Shown piece by piece: positions 43,249 to 55,200 of a stretch of DNA of 64,000 nucleotides. The stretch's first letter is position 1. The number at the start of each line of letters is the position of its first letter. Source of the DNA: a virus. Where the stretch lies: the IMG/VR virus record IMGVR_UViG_3300027143_000001, positions 1 through 64,000 of that record; one strand, given 5' to 3'. The notes below the pieces were generated by a model. It was not told where the DNA came from and ran no database searches. It saw only the letters and a list, made by a program, of their open reading frames with translations. Made by a program: the position numbers and the translations under genes.

Positions 43249-46200
43249 TTAGAGACAGGTAATATCTTCAATTATATCTTCAGTGAATTTCACGCCACGC
43301 GTCTTATCAACATATCGTTTTGCTTCCTCAGCAAATTTGTCAAACGGCATACGTTGGCTACTATTCTGGTACAAATATCGTAAAGCTTTGTCCGTCATGT
43401 TCAGGTCAACCAAATCTTTTTCAAGTGAGGCTTCCAGATTTCCATCTTCATCCTCAAACATGTCAGGCTGTAAGTCTTGCTGTTGCTGGGTTTGCGCAGG
43501 TTGTGCAACAAGAGCCATAATCGCCTTGCGGTTACCATCATTCTCTGCCCAGTTCATTTGTTTGAACGTTGCCATAGAGATGATGTTTCCTTTTGGTGTG
43601 ACCATGTACTGCTTGTCATTATACGTTACAATCTTTGCAGTCTGCGGTTGTGCGGTAAGGTTACGCTCTGCTACGGACACTTTAGAACCAGCTCCTTCTT
43701 TCGTTGGATTATAGATCTGTATGGTTCCGTTAGCGTTGATCTTTGTCACAATATAGACAGCATCATTAAACTTGACGTAGCGTCCAGGCTCGATGGTAAG
43801 TGTTGTTTCTTCAGCTTCTTCTACGGGCGCTTGCTCTTCAGTTTTCTCAGCTGGCTTTTGAGCAGGCTCACTAACTGTGATACCGCGTTTCTTCGCCAGG
43901 ATTCTAGCAGCCATACCCAGGTCACCAGAAATACCAGCACCCTCCGTCTCATCGACTTCTTCTTGTTCATCATTAGTTTCAATAACTTCTTCTTTTTCAG
44001 GAGTAGCTCTCAAGGTTTGTGTTGCTCTAAAATCTGTAGGGATGTAGTTTTCAAAATCATCATAGCTTACTTCCTCTACTTTCTCTACGCTCATCTCAGC
44101 AAATCTGTTGATCTCATCTGCATCAAAACCAAGTGGAGAGATGTTATTGCTCATCAGATTACCAGGTACAAGCGTGTAACGCGCAGTATCTCCAACCGTG
44201 TTGAAACCACCTTTCTTACCAGAAAGCGTGTCATACACACTCTGACCGATGGTGTTGCTTGTATCACTTCCTGCTCCCTGTAGCATGTATACAGAACCAT
44301 CCTGGAACTTAATCACCATGGGAAACATCCAGTTGTTCTCATCTCCCGGAGTAATGCCATAAGACATGGCAATACGCTGGATAGCAACATTGTTCAATCC
44401 ATAGATACCAAGTTTTTCACTAGACAAATCTAATATAAACTCAGGGCCCAGTTCTTTTTCACCCAATGGAAGTACGGTGTTACCACGCTGGCTGGTAGGT
44501 ACAATCTCACCGGCTTTACCAAACATGGCGTTCACCACATTGGTAACGGCTGCACGTTTCTCATCATCGCTCATGTCTACAGAAACCGGTAGGGTCTGCA
44601 TCAGGCGTTTGTTACCGCTGACGTTCAGGTTGTATCGGGTCTTGATGCGGGTGTTGTTGGGTTCTTTGATTGCGTTGTACACCATGTTGGTAAACAGCAT
44701 ATCAAAAGCATCATACACCGCGTCGTTGTCTGTTGCTCCAAAGTATTTCTGGATCATAGACTGGAACGCCTCTGGATCGTTGTGCGTGGTTTTCAGGGTG
44801 TCAACAAACATATCAATGTTGTTGCTTAGTTCTTTTCTGAATACGCGTGGCAGGAAGTTGTAGAACATGTTCTTCTTGTGCCCCATGCCTGCACGTGCAA
44901 GCTCATGGTAGAACAGTTTCTTTAGGAACAACTTACCTTCCTGGTCATTCATCAAACTCAATGCGTCATTGTATACGCCACTGGCCTCGTCGCTTTTCAG
45001 CTTTACCGTGTTGATCATCTTTATGAAACGCATAGGCAACTGCTCGTCACCCACCTGTGCAAGCTCAGATTCTACCACCTCTTCTTTAAGGAAGTTGAGG
45101 AACTTGTTGTTGGGGTACTTGGTCTGGAAGCTGCGAAGCTCCTCACCCAGCGTGTTTGTAAACCAGAACTCTGCGGTAAACGTATCTTGCAACGCTTTGT
45201 CTTCACGATCAATCAAACTCTGGATGTACTTATCACTTGACTTTCTGCTACCTGGTAACGTATCTCTCAAACGCTTGATAGCCACATAACCTACAATCGT
45301 CTTAGCAATCTGACTCTTGTCGTTGAACAACTCTTTAAACACGCGGTTGATCTCGCGGAAGAATGGTCCACGCTCCAGGAACAGGTTGGATGACTGTTGA
45401 TCCAGGTCGTTTGCCATCCTGTACAGCTGATTCCACACCTGATCGTTAATCATAGGTGCCATAGACTCTTCTGTAAAGATGCTCTCTGCCGTCATCATGG
45501 ATGACATGTTTTTGTAAATTGTATCAAAACTTGCAAAGTCAGGGTTAAGTGACTTGAGCATGTTGATCATGGAGCCTGCCGTTGAAATATCAAATGACTG
45601 AGCGGCTTGTTGTTCATACATAAACAACAGCACAAACTTCTTTGCTTCTTCTGACAAAACAGCTTTGCTCTTTAGTGCAGAAACATTGAATCCGATTTCG
45701 CCAATGCTGAGCTCATTATTCATCATGCGCTCGTCGTTGAGCATCTCACCACGATCTTTTGGTGTGGTAAACTCGATGACCAACTGGCTCTTGTTGAGCA
45801 TAGGCTCAAACATGGTAGAGTTTTCGTTCAATAAACCTGCCTCTTCCAGCTCCTGGTACACCTCTTCTGTCAATACAGCACTGGCTGCTTTTCTCACTTC
45901 TGAGGACAGTGATGCAAATTGCTGGTTGGTAGTAGAACGTAACGCGCGCTGTGTAGCAATTACATTTGCAGTTGCCTTGGCTATCTCAGGGATAAAGTTA
46001 AACCCAATGGCAAACTCAGGACGCAGACCCACACCGATCATGGCTAGGGTGACACCTGTGTTCACGTCGTTCATCTTCAGCGCAGATGGAATAGGCTCCT
46101 TAACACCATCAGCAAACATACCTAGTACGTTTCCTATCAGTGCAATTACACGCTGGTTCTCACCATTGATACTACCAAACTTGTTCAGACGATTCCAGTT

Positions 46201-49200
46201 CTTTCCGTCTGCTGTGGCATGGAACTGCCATACAGGCTTAGCCAACTCCAGCTGATACCAGCTAGCCATTGCCAAAAACTTGTTCATGTTGGCAGTGATA
46301 CCGATACCGTCCTTGAAGATACCATTGTCCGCCTTGGAGCGAATGATAGAACTGATGGTATAGTGGTTGGTCTTAAGACCTGAACGTTTCAGGTCAATGC
46401 CAAATTCTTTAGCAAGCTGTTTGAAACGATCCACGCTGGAACGCTCACGCTTGTACAGGTAGTTAAAGATATACTCGTTACCCAACATTGCCTGGCGTGC
46501 ATTCAGGTTCTGGTTCTGAAACTTATCCGCCACCAGGTCTTTCATGAACTCATGCTTCTCAAAAGCTTCAATGCTGATTGGGATATCAAACTTGCTAAAC
46601 ACATCAAACATGGCTTTTATCTTAGCAGCGCTGTACATAAACTTCTCTGCTGTAGATGCAGCCTCCCAAGACTCTTCCTGTAACGGACGGATGTTCTTGA
46701 TGGTGTCAAACAACTGTTGCTTTACGCCACGGATTTCTTCAATGGCTTTTCTGCGTCGCTCCTTGATATCCTTTATGCTGTTAGCACGCTTCTTGCCTTT
46801 CATCTTGGTCTCACCCAGCGCAATCTGATCTTTCAGATCATCCAGGTAATTTCCCAATTCATCACGCTGCTCAGAAAGTGCGTCAATATCTGATTGCATT
46901 TCATCCAGGCGTGCGCGAATCTGACCAAGGTTGACTGTTTTTACAAAGTCATCCTCAGTAAATCCAAGCATCTCCATGTAGCGGAAGATCTCTGAATCTG
47001 AGTCCATGTCAAATGAACCCTCTTCCATGATCTCACGCATGCGGTTAGCAATCAAATCACTAAACTCTTCTTTCTTGCTCATGAAGTGCATGAACTCTAC
47101 AAATTGTCCCTCACGTTCGTTACGGTAATTCTTGTAGTCTCCATACTTTACAAACTTGCCCATCATATTCTTGTAGTAAGAATACGCCTGTGCATACAAA
47201 GTGTCCACGTCAAAGTCAGAACCTGCTAGCAAGTGCACCATGTAAGGCACTACAATACCATTCAGGTTAGATGAGTCCATGTAGTCTACAGCTTTGAGGA
47301 TTACCATAGAACGCTTGTCCTCCGTAGGGATACGGGTAGCAAACATGCGGGTCAACTCCTGCTCAAAGAACTCTTTGAACTCAGGGTTGTCGCGGAATGG
47401 TTCTGGCAGAATACACTCTACCATGTAGATAGTACGACCGGTAGGATTACCGTCTTTGTCTAACTCTGCTTCCTGGGTTACGCCCAGTTTGCGGGTACCT
47501 ACATTGGTATACAGTTTTGGGTTCTTAGCATAGTCCGCAGTCTTGATCACCTTGCCGGTGGTCTTATCATAGAGTACGTCGTATCCAAACTGGCTGATGT
47601 GGATGTATTTACCTCCTGCTCCTTTCTCGTCAGTGACGTGCTTGGAATATTGAGAGAAGAAATAGTACTCCAGCATGCTGCGGATCTCCGGCATGTTGGG
47701 GCTATACAATGGTTTACCTGAAGCATCCAGTTCAAAGAGCTCCAGCATTTGCTGAGGCGCACCTTGTACAGACAAGTTCTCACGGATCATATCGTAGATC
47801 TTGCTGATCTTAAAGTTACCCGCTTCTACAATGTCGTTTACAATGCTCTCCGCCTGTTCTGCAATCTCTTTAGATACGCTGCTGTCATTGTTTAATGCGT
47901 CCAGTATCAAACGCGCATTTTGCTTATGGCGTTCTGTAACTGCTTTCTTACCCTTGAAGTCATTGATGACCACTGCCAGTTGACTGATCTGTGCTGCTGC
48001 ATCTGCAGATACATTCTCTGCTGCTGCGTTCTTAGAAAGTTCTTTCTGGCGGGCCGATGCATCTGAAGGCACCATGCCTCTCATAACATTAGTCAGGTAC
48101 AACAAGCGTGAACGTGTTGCGTCACGCAGCGAATCTTCATAGTCTTTTACAAGTCTCTCAGACAAATCGTCCAGGAACTTACGCTCTTTAGCATCCAACT
48201 TGCGATTGTCTGCAATCTCAATGAGGTCAGCCAGCATGTTAATGTCAGCTGGCAACAGCATCTTGGCTTGTACGGAAAGCTTGGCTTTATCTTTTACTCC
48301 TGAGGTTTCCACCTGCAGGAACTTAAATCGGTTGTCTACCTCCACCGCAATGAAATCAAGGTTCATGTAACCTTCTTTCTGTGGTGCAGTAAATACGCTG
48401 ATTGGCAACTTGGTTGTGTTCTTAGACGCCTCGTTATCCATCAACTGGTCAATCTGGAAGTACTCCATGGCATTGAGCATATCGTGCGCCATCTTACGGT
48501 GGGGCAATGGCTCATAGAATTCATGGATCATCTTTACAGTATCCTGGATCTGTCTAAATGTGCTGGCAGCGTCTTCACCATTAAGTCGCTGTGACTGGTA
48601 TACTTTACGCAAGTCATAGACTTTACTCCACATTGTGTGTAGCACATCATATACGTCCTGCTCTGTTTCAGCAGTACCGTCAAAGTACTCATCCTTGATG
48701 CGGCTGGTATCCAGACGGTCAAACAAGTTTTCAGATTGTTTGTGGTATGCATTGCGCGCTCCTACTACTGTCTTCTTAGCATTGTTCACCACCTTCATGG
48801 CCTGCAACGTCATGATCTCAGACTCTGTCAGTTTACGGTAGTGCTTTGCAATCAACAAATCGAGCACCTTGGACGTCAGACGACCCAGTTGTTCGTGCAT
48901 ATCTATCTGGTGCATAAGCAACGATATTGACTGACCGTCAAATATCTTTTGCAACATGCCTGCATACTTGCCACCAAAATCGTTTTCACCACTTTCTTCT
49001 GCAATGGCTTTCTTGTAATCATCCATCAGGATCTGCTTTACTTCAGCAGATGGTAATGGGTCATTCACAATCTCCTGTTCTGTAAAGTAAGGTCCATACT
49101 CAGGATAATCCTCGTGTATAAATCCTTTAATAGTTTCCAGCACAGCTGCGCGGTGATAACCTTCTTTCATGTTGTCACCACTGGCCAGGTATTTCTTGGC

Positions 49201-52200
49201 ACGCTTAACCATATCCTGCGCGTTCTTTACGTTCATCGCAGGGTTGCCGTCAAACACGTCGTTGAAATGCAGGGCGTTGGTCCAGTTGTTATAGAAGTAA
49301 TCTGCCAGGATATTCTCCCAGTTCATGCGGCTTACCGGTGAACCTTTCACCACGCCGTATTGCTCCATCAAACCAACAGGTTTCTGATAACCTATTTTCA
49401 GCTTGGATGGTAACATGGTGCTGGTGATGAATTCTACTTCAGCATCACCCGCAGCATTCTTTTCTTTTTTGCGCTCAATGATGTTGTTGAACTCCAGTAC
49501 TTTCAAGTACGTTTCAAACTGCTTCTTGGCATACTCTTCCAACAATAGTGGAAGACCGCCCAAATCAATCTCTTCAAACTCCAGTCCCTCTTCTGCTGAC
49601 TCTGCAAACACATCCTGGATAGCAGGGTTGGCTGCAAAGAAATCTTCAAGCTTGTGGAACTTGTATGCTTTCAGCGGATTACCATTGGCATCGGTGAACT
49701 GCACCTTGCCATTGGAATCACGACGACCGTTAAAGTCTTTGACAATGTTGTTGGCAGTATAAGACTCGTATTCTTTTTTCAGAGCATCACGACGGGCAAA
49801 CTCCTTACGCATGCTCATATACTCCTGGCGGATAACGCCTACCAGGTCTTCTACTACAGCAAGCACAGGTTTAGCCACACCATCCATCTTCACAGTTTTC
49901 ATACCGTCCTTGTTCGCAAACTCGCGGTATAGCGCTGATACTAAAAAGTTAGTGTTGGATGACTCCAGCTGATGAAACGTGCGTCGGTAAGTTTGTATGG
50001 TTACTTTACCATCTTTGGCATTGGAGGTTTCCTCCATGCGACTCAGAAATGATGTAAAGTTCAGGATGTGTAAAGCGTATTCATCCAGGTCCTTGAACGT
50101 CTTACCGTCCAGCACCGTGTCTCCCACCTTACCCTGCACACCACCAAACATCTCTACACGCAGGTTATTCAGCATAAGCTTGACCATCTTGGTCATCTCA
50201 TCGTCCTTACCCTGCATCACGCCACCCAACAAGTGGTTGTTGGCAATATAATCTTTCAGGTATGCCTCATAGTATGGGTCTTCCTGCAACATGCCATCCA
50301 GTCCTTTCTGGCGCACGTCTTCTGCAGTAATCACCATTGGTGAGTACTTCACATACTCATAGATTGGTTTACCTTCTGCATTGTACACCACCGAGCTGAA
50401 TGCTGTTGGGTCATACTTAACCATGAACTTGGCAGACTTACGCAGGATGCTATTGAAGCTTTTTACTTCAGTAGATGCTGTGTTCTCATCGTCCAGCATG
50501 TTCTCAAACATCTTACCGGGTGCTGTCTCAGAACCTGCAGCAGCTTCCAGTATGTTCTTCAGGTTGGTGAAGAATGTTTTCTCCAGGTATTCTTTCTCGT
50601 TGGCAAACGGACGGTCAAGCTCGTACTTGGCAAGGGTGTCTTCACTCAGTTTGCTGATGGTCTTCTCATTCTCCATCTCCTGGATAGCAATCAATGAAAA
50701 GCGCAACATGGATTTAGGAATCTGCAGACCAATAGCCCACATGTTCTTGTGCAAACTGTCTACCAGGTTGTCTAGTGTTTTCTGACTCTTGTCACCGGTA
50801 AACAGCGTCTCAGAAGAATCCACTTTGCTCATCAGTTTGATGAGTGCCAGCATAGCCTTGCGGTATTCTGGATTGTCCTTCTCAGACTTCTGTGTCAGGA
50901 TCATGCGTTCAACAAGCTTGTTTTTCTTGTTGTTGATGTCCTTGTATTGTATCTTGTCTGATATGCTGAAGCGAGGCGTGGTATCCTTTTGGATATCTTC
51001 ATCGCTCATCATGTCAATATCAACTGCTTCAGTGTACTGCATGTTGAACATCACATATCCAATGCGTGTTCCGTGCAGCACGTTCAGTATCATCTTGTAC
51101 ATCTGCACATTGGCCATAGGCATAGAGCCGTTGTCCAATAATGTCAGTTTCTTAATCTCATTGTATACCGCCTCCAGGTCCATGGCTTCGTTGATAAGAC
51201 CATCGTCATACCAGCGCTCATATACCATTTTCAAAGTAGGCAGGATTTGTTGTGGCTCTTTGTTAGCAGCAATCTTTAAAAGCGTAGGGGACATCTTGCG
51301 TCCGTCTACAATCGCTGGAACCAGGATGCCATACACAGGGTGAATATAGTCCCTGCGGATGGTGCTCAAGAACTTCTTGAATTCTGCAGGAAGAGAGTCC
51401 ATGCGGTTCAACTCATTGATGGATGCTTCAAAGTCACCAGACTCAGGATTCTCCTCACGGTTCTCTGCGTTCTCATCATGTGGTTTGACCGCTGCGTTCA
51501 TTGCATCTTCCAGGTTCTGCGTATTCAATGGATTGGTAGAGCTTACGTTGAACTCATTCAAACGCTTGCGCACCAGTGCCATCAATGCGGCCATAGATTC
51601 TTCACCATAGGTGTTGGTACCGTTGTCCAATACCATGGCATCATTGGTGTCTATGCCTGTGGTATTAATATCATACACATCTGTTTGCTTACCTGCTTTG
51701 TTATCACGCAGGCGCTGACCCAGGACAAAACGCATCTGGTTATACTTAGGCAAGAACTCCTTTTTGATGTCCGCGTGGAACTTAGGATCTGCCTGGCGCA
51801 GCAACATGTCTATGTTATACACTTCATTCAGCAGCACAGTAGCTGCGTCCTGAAACTTCTCTTCAAACTTTTTCTTGGTGTTGTCTGCCAGCATTTGGCG
51901 TACAACCATGTTAACCGCTTCTTTCTCCAGGTCATCCAGCAATATAGTAGGTCCACTCATCACACGACCCGTAGGTGTAGTGACCAGCTTTCTCAGACCC
52001 TTGATTTCAAAGGCTGCCTTGCCATCATATGCTTTTCCAGAGATAATACTTTCTTTGTACTTGCCAGTAGCGATGTCACTATATGTTTGTTCAATGACGT
52101 CACGGTTGGCTTTGAACATACCAATCAGTTTCTTGAGCAATTCAAACAACTTGCCTATCAGTCCTTTAGGGGCTGTGGCACGCTTGGCACGCATATAACG

Positions 52201-55200
52201 CTGGAACCCATCAGCTAGAATCTCTTCTGCTACCAGGTCCATCATCTCCGCTTTGTTGTACACAAAGTTGCGCACACGGGCAAACTCAATCAGGTTCTCA
52301 TCTCTGAACTGCTCTGCGTATTTAGGATTGCCAATAACCTCATTCAGCAACTCCCTGCGTTGCATGTCTGTCATCAGGTAGCGGAACACACCATGAAATG
52401 CTTCATGGAATACAATCCCTTTGCTCAGCATGGCTGCGTTGAGGTGCAATACGCGATCCTTAAACATACCCAACACTGTACCATCAATACGCATCAGGTC
52501 TGCAATGCTTTGCATGTCAGAAACCTCGATACCAAACTGACCCAATGCTTCCTTGAACCATGCAATCTCGCTCTTGATATCCTGCATGGATGCAGCTTCA
52601 TACTCGTCTGCAATCTTAAACGCCTCATCCTCCATACGGGGGATGTCAGGGAATGAACTTGGATTCTCTGCACTCTTAGCATCGCTTGCCATCATCTCAT
52701 TGACAATGCGCATTGCTTCTTCCATAGAAGGAACGTACTCTGCCACAACACCCTCCTCTTCGTGCTGGATGTCATAGCTGTCATTGATCTTCAAGATGGT
52801 GTAAGGACCCACCACCGCACTGTTGGCAGCAGGGTTGACCATGGCATCAATAGCATTAGATAACTCATCATACATCTGATTGAGGATGCTATCCAGTACA
52901 GCATTGACCACATCATCAGGTTGACCTTCCATTTGATCAGCCATCATTTCCATGCGACCCATAAAGTCGTTGTAGATCATGCTGTAGGTAGGATTGTTAA
53001 CCAGTTCCTGTTGTTGTGCGTTCAGCTCTTTAAGCGGAATACCATCTGCCAACATCTCAAATGCTTCAACAATTACATCTGCATTTACTACAGCTGCATC
53101 ATCGGTAAGCGTTGATGAGGGTTCTACAATATTCACAGGCGGTGCTGTGATAGACGTACCTTCACCAGACGGTGACGTAGGATTTACAATTACTTCTGTG
53201 GCAGGTGCTGTTGCAGTACTTGCCTTGGAGGTGATCAGGGTTTCTGCACGGTTGGAGTGCTTAACCGTAAAACGTTTAGCATTGCGATAGAACGATGGGG
53301 TGCCCGCTTCTTTTTTACGGTTCAGTCCCACGTGCGGCCACTTGTTACCTTCATTGTCTTTGTCTACTACCAGGTACTCCAGGTTAAACCCTTCGTTAGG
53401 GAATGTATAGGTACTGCGCAATGCAGCTTCTACCTCAGGGTGTTCACCCATTCTCTCTTGCAGCGGCTTAATCACCAAGTCAATCAGGAATTGTGCAAAC
53501 TTCTCACGGGTATCATTAAGATATTGTACAAGCTCTTGTGCAGATTCAGTCAGACTGTTGCTTTCTTCCATTACGCTTAGTGCACTGTAGAATGCCATAC
53601 GACCTTCTGCGGTACTAAGGTCATAGGATTTTAGTGATGGATTGTCAGCAATCGCTGCTTTAACCATCTTACCGTTAGGACCTAACTCATCTGCAAGACT
53701 AACCAGTCTGGCTTTGAATGCTTCTGAAAATGGAAACTGGAACGCGCTGCGATCCTGTAACATGACTCTCAGTGGACTGGTACTTGTTTTATCTTTAGGT
53801 ACAAGCTCAAACTTAAGCTTACCATTAAAGTATTCCAGGTTTAGGTAGAACGGTCCGCGTGCACCACTAAAACGGTACATAGCGTTAAACGCCTGGGCAG
53901 CTTTAGTGGGCTGTCCTTTACCAGTACGTTCCTTAGTGCTGACCATCTCTGACACCATGTTGATGAAATCCACAAACCCTTCATTTGTTTGCATGGGTTT
54001 CTGGTCTTCTAGTGTCAGGTAGCTGGAGGGTTGTCCGTCTTTGAAGCGTACTACAATCAGCGTATTCTTCTGGCTGTATTTGTTATCGCTAAATAATTCT
54101 TCTTTGATGAATGCATCAACATCTGTGATTCCCAGCTCATACTCAAAGTATTCAGCCTCATTGTATAAAGAGTCTCCAACCTTGATGCGCTCATTGGCAG
54201 CCAATACAGAGTTAGGCATAAAGAATGATGTCTCACGGTTACCAGTGCGATAAAATACAAAAGGCACTTTACGCTTGGTGGTGCTGATCACGTTCTCATC
54301 ATCGTCAATGGTAGCCACTTCCAGCTCCAGGCTCAGTGATGAATCCACGTTCATGAATTCCTCCAGGCTTGGGTTTTCCCTGGTGCGGCCTTGAGACATG
54401 TCAAAGCTCTCAAAGAACTCCTCTGTGAAATCCACAGAGTTTACGCCTTTGGAGAACATGTCATCCAGCATGTCAGCATGCTTTGCCTTAAACTGTTGCA
54501 ACTGGTTATAAGATTGCATCAGTGTAGACATGTCAGACTCGGTCAACTCCACCGGTCCCGCAGATCCGTTTAACAACGCCAGGCGCTGGAACTTCTCACG
54601 GTGTGCCGCATTATTGAAATCTACTTTCTCAGTAGTGTTGTTGTCGTATACAAATACGTAGTTGTCCAGAGTCCACAGGTTGAACAGGATGTTCTTTCCG
54701 TCTTCCATGGTGATCTCCCCTATCAGCTGAAACTTTTGCTCCTCCTGGCTAGGACGTGCCACAGACAATACCACACCACCTGGTGTGTTCTTCAGGAAGT
54801 TGATCTGTCCGGTGCTCTCAAATGTTTCATGCTTGCGATTGGCCAGTCCTGCCATCTCTGGATTTGATGCAGCCAGTTCCTGGATACGCTCCATACGGGC
54901 AGCAGCAATGCCTGGTCTTACCGCGTGGATTTTCACACGGCTCATGGGATTCTCCATGGCAGCCAGTTCATTTTTCAATCGCTCTCTGTCTTCTTCAAAC
55001 GCTGCCTGGATCTTCATCGCAGAGTGCAACATGGTTACAGGTACGCGCTCCTCTGAGGAATTACTCTCAAATGGTGCAGGTCTACCTGCTTTGTAGTTGC
55101 GGATGTCTTCTTTGCTTAACGCCACGGTCTCCCCTGTCTCGTCTATCATATACAGGATGCCGTCCTGGATGAATCCTTCTACCAGCTCGCGGTTGTTCAA